Source: Verrucomicrobiota bacterium (GTDB lineage Bacteria > Verrucomicrobiota > Verrucomicrobiia > Opitutales > Coraliomargaritaceae). From it: a stretch of DNA of 64,000 nt. The position numbers and the translations under genes are program-made. Location of the stretch: positions 128,001 through 192,000 of the forward strand of contig JBCBZJ010000004.1 of NCBI GenBank assembly GCA_039815375.1, read 5' to 3'. Below, in pieces: positions 18,084 through 27,596 of this stretch. The number at the start of each line of letters is the position of its first letter. Position 1 is the first letter of the stretch. The notes under the pieces are model-generated. The model saw only the letters and a program-made list of their open reading frames with translations. It did not search any database and was not told the origin of the DNA.

Positions 18084-19567
18084 AAAATCCAGGCAAAAGC
18101 CGGCCCCGCCGAAAGCGCACCGCGCATTCCAAGGGGAATGAACCCACCTTCAGGAGGGATTGGTAAAAAGTAGAGTGTTGCCCCCAGGCAGGCGGCAAAG
18201 AGTAAAATAGGTGCACCTGCGGAAAGGATATACCTGGCGTACTGCCATGGTCTGATTTTAAGGTAACTCAATGCCAGTGGAAGCACGAGTACCCACCCCA
18301 CCAATACAGTCGGAATAAGTGTGCCGAAGGCCACGCCCACGATCCCAAAGGTAAAAGCCAGCGCGATACTTATACCAACGTTACTTAAACCATCAATCAG
18401 CGCGAGGCCTAGCAGCTTCTTTTCATAGCCGCACATCATTAGAACCCGTTTGGAGCAACTGTTTGTCAGCTGCGAAGAAAAGATCGCAAAGAGAAGGACC
18501 TGGCCTACCATCAGCGTCGATTCCTCAATTGCTTCCAAACCGGTAAGCAGCTGAATGAGTGGTTCCAGATAAGCGGCACAAAGACCGTAAAGCGGCGTGC
18601 TGATCAGGAAGGTCAGACGGGAGGTTTTGAGCAATAAACTCTTCAACCCATCGGAATCGCCGGAAGCGTTCATACTGGCCGCTGCGGGGCTCAGCGCATC
18701 CTGGAGCTGGATCGTAAACAGGTTAAACATCTCCGCGACTTTGAAACCTGCCTGGTATGCGGCAATGACACCTACCCCCAAGGTGAAGCCAAGCACGGCC
18801 TGATCACTCTTGGCCATCAAGAGGTTGCTGAATGTGATTAAATACGCAGCAATGGAAAAACCCAACTGTGACTTCACCGCCGACCAGCGAAAATGCCTGG
18901 GCGAAAGCGAAACCTTCGGCAACTTGGCCCGAGCTACAAAAAGTGCACCAACATTGGGTAGAAGCGTGGTCATCACACTTACTGCAACAATGACCGGAAA
19001 GCTCGCACCAAGCCAAAGCGCAACCGCAATGCCTATGAAATTCAAAACGACCGAGCCCGTATTCAACCAATTCGCCAAGTCGATCCGCTGCAACCCGCGC
19101 AGAACTTCAGGGAAGAGGCCAAAAGGAAATGTCAGCGCCAGACCGGCAAAGAAGATCAGGTACGCCAGCATGTAAGTGCCACCGCTTTCTTCCGGAGTAC
19201 CGATCGCACCAAGGAATAGACTGCTAATCGCAAAGAAGAAAATCGCCAGCACTGCAGCAAGGCCAACAAAGGTCCAGAGCAGTGTGCTCAGCAAACAACT
19301 CAACTCTTCCCAATCACCCGTTGTGCTCTTTTCGGCAACCGCTTTCTGCGCCGTAAAACCAAAGCCAAAGTCCAGAAGGACACCATATCCAAAAAAAGAC
19401 CAAAGCAGGGACCAAAAGCCGAAGTCCGACTCGGAAAGACCACTGAACAATAAGCGAAAGAGCACCAGACCGAGCAATAGCCGCGTGATCGTGCGAATGT
19501 AGTTACTCACTGTGTTGCGCCAGAAATGGAGTTTCCACAGCGGCACTTCTTCAGCAATTTCGCTCAT
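18056..19567 (-). CDS. Wzx-type polysaccharide flippase
   Basis: About 14 TM segments, LLDFGFG, KSDQAVLG pattern; EPS context. Confidence 0.88.
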   Translation of the reverse strand: MSEIAEEVPLWKLHFWRNTVSNYIRTITRLLLGLVLFRLLFSGLSESDFGFWSLLWSFFGYGVLLDFGFGFTAQKAVAEKSTTGDWEELSCLLSTLLWTFVGLAAVLAIFFFAISSLFLGAIGTPEESGGTYMLAYLIFFAGLALTFPFGLFPEVLRGLQRIDLANWLNTGSVVLNFIGIAVALWLGASFPVIVAVSVMTTLLPNVGALFVARAKLPKVSLSPRHFRWSAVKSQLGFSIAAYLITFSNLLMAKSDQAVLGFTLGVGVIAAYQAGFKVAEMFNLFTIQLQDALSPAAASMNASGDSDGLKSLLLKTSRLTFLISTPLYGLCAAYLEPLIQLLTGLEAIEESTLMVGQVLLFAIFSSQLTNSCSKRVLMMCGYEKKLLGLALIDGLSNVGISIALAFTFGIVGVAFGTLIPTVLVGWVLVLPLALSYLKIRPWQYARYILSAGAPILLFAACLGATLYFLPIPPEGGFIPLGMRGALSAGPAFAWILWNAKKTMR

Positions 19568-20688
19568 TACAATCCTATCGGTATAACTACGTCCGGAGAT
19601 TCGCCATCAAGGGTTTCCACAGAATTGGCACCTTCGCGAACAGCAATCGTAGTCGCTGCCGCATCGAAGATCACCCAAAAATAACGTTCTAATATTTTGA
19701 AAGGCCGATCCGGCACCCAAACAATATCAAAGGGCTTCAGCTCCACGTTTGTGACACGCCCGGCCAGGATACCCTTCAAGTCCACAACCGCTACCTTCGG
19801 CGAACTCAACGATCCACGAATAATCAACACCTTGTCGAGGTTCGCATCCGGAGTCGGCCCTTTTGCATGAGCAATCGCGGCGACCAGATTAATCTTATCC
19901 TTGTAACCCAGTGCTTGTGGCTGCATGACCGCACCGAGAATATGGATATTCTGCGATAGCGAAGAAGGCAGATAAACGTAGTCACCATCCTCAAGATAAA
20001 TGTTCTGGGACATGTCGCCCTGCTTGATGAGTGCCAGCAAGTCGACCGGGAGCACTTTGCCATCCCTTAACACAAAGCTGTTATCAAGATCTGCCAGTTC
20101 TTCGGTCGAACCGCTGAATCGCGAGGTAAACAAACCACCCGCAAGGGAAATCCCCTCCAACAAGGTCGTGGGCTGGTTCAGCGGATACAGTCCCGGCTTA
20201 TTCAAACGTCCTAATAGCCAGGCGCGCCGGCTCTTCACCTCTCGCAGGGTAACATTCACGCTAGGGCTGGAATAATCCTTACTGAGAGCGTCTTTCAGGC
20301 GATCGCTGATCTCGGCAATCGTTAAACCGTCGACCCGCACACCACCCGCCAAATCATAATAGACTCGACCATCCGGCATAACAAAGGTCTCGGAACGACT
20401 GCCACCAATACCCGTGATCTCGATTTCAAGCCAGTCTCCAACCCCAACCCGATAGGCCTTTAAACTCGGCTCCAACCATTTTGGATCAAGCTCTCGTTCC
20501 GGCTGAAGCAACTCAAAGGCTTCTTCGTCCAGAAGAGAATCATTGAGATCTCTCGGGTCGAAAATTTCCCGTGAGCCTAAGGCTTTATTAGATCCGATAT
20601 CAGGCAGATTGACCCTCACATGCTGACAGCCGGAAAAGGCCAGAAGCCCGACGTAGAGAAGAAAATGAGGAACCGCCCAGCGCATCAT
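19567..20688 (-). CDS. Polysaccharide export (Wza/OPX) lipoprotein with SLBB domains
   Basis: Lipobox FSGC, YRVGVGDWLEI...VMPDG PES motif, SLBB repeats. Confidence 0.88.
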   Translation of the reverse strand: MMRWAVPHFLLYVGLLAFSGCQHVRVNLPDIGSNKALGSREIFDPRDLNDSLLDEEAFELLQPERELDPKWLEPSLKAYRVGVGDWLEIEITGIGGSRSETFVMPDGRVYYDLAGGVRVDGLTIAEISDRLKDALSKDYSSPSVNVTLREVKSRRAWLLGRLNKPGLYPLNQPTTLLEGISLAGGLFTSRFSGSTEELADLDNSFVLRDGKVLPVDLLALIKQGDMSQNIYLEDGDYVYLPSSLSQNIHILGAVMQPQALGYKDKINLVAAIAHAKGPTPDANLDKVLIIRGSLSSPKVAVVDLKGILAGRVTNVELKPFDIVWVPDRPFKILERYFWVIFDAAATTIAVREGANSVETLDGESPDVVIPIGL

Positions 20689-21761
20689 TCTTCATCCCTC
20701 CATCCCGTTCGATCAAACCATGGGTCCTGAATCAAGTCAGGCACGTTTTCGTTTACCCAAGTCGATGTGGCACTCTTGAGGAAATTCTGAATCGCAACAT
20801 CGATTATCTGCTCGGCCTTATACCATGGCCTGTTGTTCACATAAACGATATCCCCCGGCTGCAGCGCAAAGTCACGATCCCGTCCTTCGAGAATAGCTTC
20901 GACATTAATGACAAATTTCTCCGGATCACTGAGGCTGCCGCGAATGACAAGAACCCGCTTCTTCCATGAACCTTCGGTAAAGCCTTCCCTGCGGGTGACG
21001 GCAGAGATCACGCTGGCACGGTTGGAGAAGCCCTGCGCACCAGGCTGGGCAACCGCTCCCAAAACATAATATTCATTGGAAAGATTGGACGCGAGAAAGA
21101 TGTAGTCCTGCGGTTCGAGAAAAACGTTTTGCTGCAGATCACCCTCAAAGTAGAGCTTTGAAAAGTCCACATCGAGGCGTTCACCATTCCGTATGATAAA
21201 GGAGCGCTCCATGTCGGCAACTTCCACAGTCGATTGCTCAAAGAGTCCGGTCTCGATGCCACGGCTCCGGGCAATGGCTTCCAACAAGGTGATTGGTCGA
21301 TCCAGCGTGAAGACGCCCTTGTCGATCACTTTCCCAAGAATCACGTAGCGCTTACTCTTTAACTCCCAAGGCGTAATAATCAGCCGTGGGTTGCGGTAGT
21401 AATCGCCCAATGCTTTCTCCAATGCACCACGCAGCTCGTCGATCGTCATTTTATCTACCTGCAAACTATTCACCTGTAGATAGCTGAGCGTGCCGTCCGG
21501 TGCAATACGCACTCCTGGCCGGTCCAATTCGCCCCGACCATAGAAACGGATATTGATCACATCACTGGGGCCGAGGGTATAACGTTCGCGCCAGGAAACC
21601 AATGCTTCCACCAGATCTCGCTCAGACTCGGGCTCAGCCGCCTCCACGTCTTCAGGCTGCTCATTCACCGAGGCAATCTCGGCAGGCTTAAGCTCTTCTT
21701 CAGCCAAAGCTATCGTAGCCATAGCGAAAAGGCCGAACCATTTTCGGATACTTCGCATCAT
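20685..21761 (-). CDS. Second polysaccharide export (Wza/OPX) protein
   Basis: Signal peptide without Cys, YTLGPSDVINI...IAPDG, SLBB repeats, LQPGDIVYV. Confidence 0.88.
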   Translation of the reverse strand: MMRSIRKWFGLFAMATIALAEEELKPAEIASVNEQPEDVEAAEPESERDLVEALVSWRERYTLGPSDVINIRFYGRGELDRPGVRIAPDGTLSYLQVNSLQVDKMTIDELRGALEKALGDYYRNPRLIITPWELKSKRYVILGKVIDKGVFTLDRPITLLEAIARSRGIETGLFEQSTVEVADMERSFIIRNGERLDVDFSKLYFEGDLQQNVFLEPQDYIFLASNLSNEYYVLGAVAQPGAQGFSNRASVISAVTRREGFTEGSWKKRVLVIRGSLSDPEKFVINVEAILEGRDRDFALQPGDIVYVNNRPWYKAEQIIDVAIQNFLKSATSTWVNENVPDLIQDPWFDRTGWRDEE

Positions 21762-23743
21762 GTCTCTTCAGCCTTCGGTTCACGGCTTGCCAACATATTG
21801 AGAACCATCATCTCGATCCACTTCAGGACACGTGGAAGTGTGTTGTCTGTTTCCTGATCCACGATCAGCAAGCCATCCGCAGGGCCCAGCAACTTGCGCA
21901 TGATGTCACTTTTGTGGCTAGTCTCGTTGCGCTCTGCGATACTAGGGGAGTTGATTAAGTAATAGGCCTCCAACTTCTTCAACTGGGCGACCTCGTCAAC
22001 GATCGGGATTTTTGCCATCCGCACGAAGACCAGTTCATCCCCACTTTCAGGAATATCATCTAAAGAGTCATAAAAAGACTTCACCGCTTTGTGCTCACGA
22101 AGCCCAGCCACCAGATCATCGCTATTCGCACTTACGCTAATGAAGATCACCTGCCGATCTTCCGAGTGAACCAAATCAAGCAGGTCTCCCCAGAAGATCA
22201 TCTCCTCATCGCAGACATCGGTCGGCACAAAAAGAAAGTGCTTTCGTTGCACACCATCACCCGAAATCGCATGGGTGAGCCAAAAGCTCCGCAGGGCACG
22301 ACCATTTAAGGCACTTTCCTCTTTTCGGAATAGACGCCGAACACACCAAGAGGGTTTCTTTGCGCCCTCAGTAACATAGTTGAAAATCGGGAGTGCTCCA
22401 GTCGCAATGGCGGCTTCAAGCGGGGTGCGCAGACCCGGCTGGAGGGCCTCCCAAAAGAGCGCAATCAGCAGCGCAATCGCTAAACCACCGGCAAAGCCGA
22501 CAAAGCCAAGTAGAAGTGCTTTCACATTCTGAGAGCTGTAAGCCACTTCATTGAGGTCTGGCTCCTGAAAAACGCGCCAGTATCCAGGTGCCTTTGTTTC
22601 ATAAAACGAGGCTTCCTTACGGCGACTATCAAGCAGAGCCTGTGCATCAATCAGGAGATCACGGCGGCTCTTCAATTCGGAAAGTCGGAGCGCTTTCTCC
22701 GGCAAATCAGCAACGAGCACTTCCTGTTCAATCAGTCGTTGCTCCAGACTCTTTAACATTTTTTCCGTCTGCGTGCGCTCGTTCTGTAAAGCGATGATCT
22801 CGAGGTAAAGGTTGTTGCCGAGGTCGCTTCCGGTGAAATCCTTCAAATCTTCAACCGAAGCATCGGCAGTCGCCTCGAGCTGCTGGTTGATGTATTCGAT
22901 CTCGTAGAGCTTCTCCTTCACCAACGGATTTTCATCGGTATAGCGCCCACGAAGGAAAGTCAGTTCCTCACGCTTCTTCTTTATGTCGGCCTCGAGGGGA
23001 CTTTGCGCGCGCAGCTCCTCACGATAACGCTTGATCTGGACGTCTTTCGTCTCGAGAGCAATACGCATATTGGAAAGCTGTATCTTCGTATTTTCGAGCG
23101 TAGAAAGTGCGGTCTCAGTCTGTTTATCGACATCGACGAAGTTATTCTTTTTTGCGAAGTCGAGGATCTGCTGGTTTACCGCACCAAGCTGGCCCTCTAT
23201 CGCATCCAGTTGCTCGGAAATAAACTCCGCCATCTGGCGGGCCTCCTCTTTCTGAAGGTTATTGGTGAATCGGATAATTTCTTCCGCCCATACGGAAACC
23301 GTTTGAATCGCATCCTCGGCGCTGAGCCTCGAGTGGGCGGTTAAATAAAACAGCGAGGTATTCCGCTGCTTCGCAATCTCGACCATCGACTTGACCTGAC
23401 CGGGACTGCGTTCCGGCTCAAGCCGCACAGAAGTTCGATTCAGAACCTCGGTTGAATAAGTCGTCGAAAGCAAAGTATCGTCACTTAACTCCCGAGGCTT
23501 AAAGGCCTGTCCCGATTCGCTCGTCTGCACTGTATTCGGCACTTCTGATTTGATCAGCTGAAGGGAAACGGAGTAACGGTTATCCGTTTTCAATCCGCCG
23601 ACGAACCAACCGATACCACCCAGAACAATGGGCAAAATAATGAACCAAAGCCAACGCTGGCGGACACCGTAGAGCAAACGAAGCGGGTCAATCGGTATCG
23701 GAAAACTAAAGGCTTCTGGTGTTCGGTTTGAAGGAGGCGTCAT
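21758..23743 (-). CDS. Polysaccharide co-polymerase (Wzc/GumC-like) with degenerate C-terminal kinase domain
   Basis: Two TM segments flanking a long coiled coil, RYTDENPLV motif; no Walker A motif and no Tyr-rich tail. Confidence 0.85.
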   Translation of the reverse strand: MTPPSNRTPEAFSFPIPIDPLRLLYGVRQRWLWFIILPIVLGGIGWFVGGLKTDNRYSVSLQLIKSEVPNTVQTSESGQAFKPRELSDDTLLSTTYSTEVLNRTSVRLEPERSPGQVKSMVEIAKQRNTSLFYLTAHSRLSAEDAIQTVSVWAEEIIRFTNNLQKEEARQMAEFISEQLDAIEGQLGAVNQQILDFAKKNNFVDVDKQTETALSTLENTKIQLSNMRIALETKDVQIKRYREELRAQSPLEADIKKKREELTFLRGRYTDENPLVKEKLYEIEYINQQLEATADASVEDLKDFTGSDLGNNLYLEIIALQNERTQTEKMLKSLEQRLIEQEVLVADLPEKALRLSELKSRRDLLIDAQALLDSRRKEASFYETKAPGYWRVFQEPDLNEVAYSSQNVKALLLGFVGFAGGLAIALLIALFWEALQPGLRTPLEAAIATGALPIFNYVTEGAKKPSWCVRRLFRKEESALNGRALRSFWLTHAISGDGVQRKHFLFVPTDVCDEEMIFWGDLLDLVHSEDRQVIFISVSANSDDLVAGLREHKAVKSFYDSLDDIPESGDELVFVRMAKIPIVDEVAQLKKLEAYYLINSPSIAERNETSHKSDIMRKLLGPADGLLIVDQETDNTLPRVLKWIEMMVLNMLASREPKAEET

Positions 23744-23772
23744 ATGATATTAATTTATTCAGAAACCGGATG

Positions 23773-24930
23773 CTATTTATCAGTCAGCCTAGCGGTCTCT
23801 AGATAGCTCTGGCAAGTAGCCATTGCAGCACGGCCCCAGTCAAACCTGGACGCATGAGAGCGCCCTTTGGCAAGACGCGCCTCACGTTCTAAAGCATTTT
23901 CAGTGCATAACTTTGTCATTGTGCGTGAGATTTCGTGCACATTTTCCGGATCAAAGTAAAGCGCTGCATCGCTACCGACTTCTGGCAGGCTGCCTCGGTC
24001 CGAAGTTGCGACTCGACAACCGCAGGCCAACGCCTCGAGGACCGGCAAACCGAAGCCTTCGATCAGACTGGGAAAAACCAATCCCTCCGCAGAAGCATAC
24101 CAGAGCGGCAGGTCGGCCTCATCGATAAAGCCGGGCATCCGAATATCCGCCGCAAATGGCGAACTTGCGGCCCGGGCTTCGATCACCTCAGCACCATGCC
24201 AGGGCGCACCGCCAAGCACCAACAGATGCTCCTGCCCTGTCTTCTTTCGGTAATCCTCATAAGCCTCAATCAAGCGAACGTGGTTCTTGCCCGGATGCTC
24301 CAGACGCGAAATAAACAAAAGAAAGGGTCGCTCGATGCCCTGTTTCGTGCAGAACGCCGCCGTCTCTTGAATTGTGCGGGGACGATAGACGCTGTGGTTC
24401 AATCCATTGTAAACGACATCCACACCAGTTTCCGGAAGTTTGAAGAATTCGACCAGATCTTGTTTCGTAAACTCGCTTACCGTGAGCACGTGCGCACAGC
24501 GGCGAGCCATCCAGGGCGCAACCTGACGACCAAACAGCCCACGCAGAAATCCGTATTTTTCGCGCAGGCGAAAAGGCGCACAATCATGAATCGTCGCAAG
24601 TTGTGCGATCGGGGAAAAAGCAAGGATGCGGCGATAGCTCGGGATATGGAGAAGATCGTAGCCTCCGGCCTTCAGCAGCGAGGGCAGCCTTCGCTGATGC
24701 CAGATCAGGTTTTTCAGGCCGCCTGCAGCCGCTTCGGGAATGGAAACCCAGCTCGCATCATCAATCGCTGCAAAGAGCTTTCGATCCGCATCAAGGCCTG
24801 CGATATGCAAATCCACTGTATCCATTTCAGCAATACGTGCAGCAAGCTCAACGACATAACGCCCCACTCCGGACAGACCACCCTGAATCATTCCGGCAGA
24901 GAGTAATACCTTGGGTCTCGAACTAAGCAT
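23773..24930 (-). CDS. Glycosyltransferase family 4 (mannosyltransferase-like)
   Basis: SGVGRY, TIHD, VSEFTK, EGFGLPVLEA. Confidence 0.92.
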   Translation of the reverse strand: MLSSRPKVLLSAGMIQGGLSGVGRYVVELAARIAEMDTVDLHIAGLDADRKLFAAIDDASWVSIPEAAAGGLKNLIWHQRRLPSLLKAGGYDLLHIPSYRRILAFSPIAQLATIHDCAPFRLREKYGFLRGLFGRQVAPWMARRCAHVLTVSEFTKQDLVEFFKLPETGVDVVYNGLNHSVYRPRTIQETAAFCTKQGIERPFLLFISRLEHPGKNHVRLIEAYEDYRKKTGQEHLLVLGGAPWHGAEVIEARAASSPFAADIRMPGFIDEADLPLWYASAEGLVFPSLIEGFGLPVLEALACGCRVATSDRGSLPEVGSDAALYFDPENVHEISRTMTKLCTENALEREARLAKGRSHASRFDWGRAAMATCQSYLETARLTDK

Positions 24931-26389
24931 TTACCCTCCCCTCGACCAGGAGATCGTAAACGCCCGTCATACGCATGGTTTGCAAAGCTTGCTCTTTGGG
25001 ACGAATGACCCGAAGCCGCAGTCCCCTTGAGTGCAGTGAGCGGTATGCATTGAGAAGCTGGGAGATAGCGAAGGAATCGAGCATCTCTAAATCGGACAGA
25101 TCGAGCATAAGGATTTCGCCTTCCAAGAGCTCCTCTACGGCTTGGTTCAGAACTTCCTGGCACTCAAGATGATCTTTCCTACCAAAAGGTGATAGCAGCT
25201 TAATGACTTTTTCCTTGAGAACATGGGCAGGGCCGAGTTGAGCCATAACGAAATCCATCGCCTCGCGTTCGTCATGATAGGAGGGGAGCTGAGCATCAAG
25301 ATGCATGGCCTGAATCACTTTTTCGACGACTTCAGATGGATGAACGAGACCAAAGATCACACCAGCTGCATGGGACTCACGGGCAACCTTTGCCAACAAG
25401 CCTATGCCGGAACTGTCGATAAAGCTGACGCCACTAAGATCAAGAAAGAGAGGACGATCATAGCCTGGAGGCAGCGGTATCGTATCGAGATTTCCTCGTT
25501 CGACTTCTCCACCCCACGACAGGAAGTTGCACTCGTGCTCCCCTGCCTGAGGCACGTAGCAAGTTGGAGCTTGAGAGATGGCTTCTTCCTCAAGGCGCGG
25601 CGATTTCTGATCTGAGACAACAGGCTTCTGAGCCGTTAACTGGCGTTGGCGATTCGCGAGCACGGCGAGATAATAAAAATCTTTTGCGTAGCGTTTCACC
25701 AAGCGCTTCGGATTCATTGCCATCCGCCAGCACCACTCCATACCGACCTTCTGCACCCAGACCGGTGCACGGGTTTGCGTGCCGCAGATGAAATCAAGTG
25801 AGGCACCAATTCCTATTGAAAGAGGGACGCCAGCCTGCTCGTAAAAACGCGAAATCCAATACTCCTGCTTCGGGCAGCCCACCGCGACAAGTAGCAGATC
25901 CGGCCTTGTCGCATGGACATCCTTGATGATTTCTTCATTGGGCCATGCGTCGACGGAGCAGAAAGGCGGCGAGAACGCCCCCACTACTTCCATGCCTGGA
26001 TAGTCCTTCGCCAGAATCGATTTGGTCTGGGCAAGCGTCTCCGTATCGGAGCCGAGAAAGTAGACTTTCCAGTTTCGCCCATCGGCCTCCCTGAACAATC
26101 GAAAGACCATATCAGAGCCTGCCACACGTTCGGGCAGAACCGGCTTGAAGTAGCGGGAGAGCCAGACCAGAGGCATACCATCACAGACCACACGATCGGC
26201 ATGAAAGAGAATATCCTTCAGCCCTTCGTTGCTGTAGGCTTGAGCAATGAAGTCGGCATTTGCTGTAACATAATAACCGGGCTTGCGGGCTTCAACCTGC
26301 GCCACGGCATCGCCAACCGTCTCCTCCATAGTGATAACATGGAAAGGCAAGCCCAGTAGAAAGGCTACATCACGGTCAGTTTTGATCAT
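24923..26389 (-). CDS. WecB/TagA/CpsF (GT26) glycosyltransferase fused to two STAS domains
   Basis: VTANAD, CDGMPLVW, ERVAGSD, VGCPKQE, GIGASLDF, RAP..GMEW..R..NPKRL..RY; then LDLSGVSFIDSSGIG and LDLSDLEMLDSFAI; start ATG 26389. Confidence 0.92.
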   Translation of the reverse strand: MIKTDRDVAFLLGLPFHVITMEETVGDAVAQVEARKPGYYVTANADFIAQAYSNEGLKDILFHADRVVCDGMPLVWLSRYFKPVLPERVAGSDMVFRLFREADGRNWKVYFLGSDTETLAQTKSILAKDYPGMEVVGAFSPPFCSVDAWPNEEIIKDVHATRPDLLLVAVGCPKQEYWISRFYEQAGVPLSIGIGASLDFICGTQTRAPVWVQKVGMEWCWRMAMNPKRLVKRYAKDFYYLAVLANRQRQLTAQKPVVSDQKSPRLEEEAISQAPTCYVPQAGEHECNFLSWGGEVERGNLDTIPLPPGYDRPLFLDLSGVSFIDSSGIGLLAKVARESHAAGVIFGLVHPSEVVEKVIQAMHLDAQLPSYHDEREAMDFVMAQLGPAHVLKEKVIKLLSPFGRKDHLECQEVLNQAVEELLEGEILMLDLSDLEMLDSFAISQLLNAYRSLHSRGLRLRVIRPKEQALQTMRMTGVYDLLVEGRVNA

Positions 26390-27594
26390 AGCTTCGTTAG
26401 ATATTGGTTCAGCTTGGCCCCGAGTTGCTCCCAAAGGTAATTGGATCGAACGGTTACAAGTCCGACGGCTTCAAGTGACAGGCGCAGCTCCTCATCATTC
26501 AACAAACGAACCACTGCATCAGCCATACCGGTCTCGGTATCGGCCAGGAGAATATCCTTCTCATTTTCGAGATCGAGCCCCTGTGCGCCCAAGGTGGTGG
26601 ATACGACGGGGCAGCACATACCGAGCGACTCGACAATCTTGAGGCGGGTACCGCCGCCAATCCGCAGCGGAACCACCTGTGACCAGGAAGACTGGTAGTA
26701 CGGGCGAACATCAGGCACTTCGCCAACCAGCTCGATACCATCAATTGCGGTCCAACGTTCGGAGCGGGCATCTGGTGATTTACCGACTATGCGCAGGACT
26801 GCCTCCGGTATTTCCTGATGGATTTTTGGCCAGATCGAATCGGCAAACCAATTCATCGCGTCGACGTTGGGCGAGTAATCGAGTGCACCGCAAAACAGAA
26901 CCGTCGGGCTATCGGTGAGTTGGCGCGGGTAGGCCTCAGCGTCAAAAAACTCTGCCGTGTAACCGTTCGCGAGAACAAAGACCTTGTCGGCATCACCGAG
27001 CTTTTCCTCAAGGAAAATCTTATCATCCCAGCCGCAGACAATCATTCCGGAAAGGGCCGCGTAAGCCTCGCGCTCAAGTCGGGCGATTTTTCCAAGATTC
27101 TCTTTTCGCAGAAAGCGTTCCTTAAAAGACAACTTGAGCGTGTTGAACTCTTCCGTCTGAAAAAGCCAATCCACCCGGCTGCGGTCCATGATACGGCAAG
27201 GGTGATCCGGGAAGAGCTCACGTATATAGGGCCAAAGCACGAGATCGATAAAGACGACGCGGTCATAATCCTGGCCCTGGACAAATCCTCGTAATGCGTC
27301 AGCCACGCCCTCGACCTGCCAATGCTGCACCGTAGTGGGCAAAGAGTTCAGCAAACGGTCGGGAAAGAGCCGCTGCCATGGAGCATTCTTGAATGGTATC
27401 GCCAGCCTCCGTGCGGTGTAGGGCTCAAAGGGCTCCATCGTGCGGGAGGCATCTTCCTGTAGGCAGGCCAGATCAATCTCAAAGGACTTCGACAATTCAA
27501 TAAAGAGATGAAACACGCGTTGGTAAGTGCCCCGATCTACCGGAAAGGGAATGTAGGGCATAAAAAGAAAAACACGTGGTTTTGCCGAAGACAT
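26386..27594 (-). CDS. Glycosyltransferase family 4 (sugar transferase of EPS clusters)
   Basis: PFPVDRG, GALDYSPNVDA, VVPLRIGGGTRLKIVE; start ATG 27594. Confidence 0.9.
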   Translation of the reverse strand: MSSAKPRVFLFMPYIPFPVDRGTYQRVFHLFIELSKSFEIDLACLQEDASRTMEPFEPYTARRLAIPFKNAPWQRLFPDRLLNSLPTTVQHWQVEGVADALRGFVQGQDYDRVVFIDLVLWPYIRELFPDHPCRIMDRSRVDWLFQTEEFNTLKLSFKERFLRKENLGKIARLEREAYAALSGMIVCGWDDKIFLEEKLGDADKVFVLANGYTAEFFDAEAYPRQLTDSPTVLFCGALDYSPNVDAMNWFADSIWPKIHQEIPEAVLRIVGKSPDARSERWTAIDGIELVGEVPDVRPYYQSSWSQVVPLRIGGGTRLKIVESLGMCCPVVSTTLGAQGLDLENEKDILLADTETGMADAVVRLLNDEELRLSLEAVGLVTVRSNYLWEQLGAKLNQYLTKL

Positions 27595-27596
27595 CT

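Noticed and set aside
23935..24906. Long plus-strand ORF (323 aa); similar shadow ORFs at 30687-31451, 36294-37169, 53114-53764 and 57082-58026
   Set aside because: They are antisense to well-supported genes, have no recognisable motifs, and are expected from codon bias
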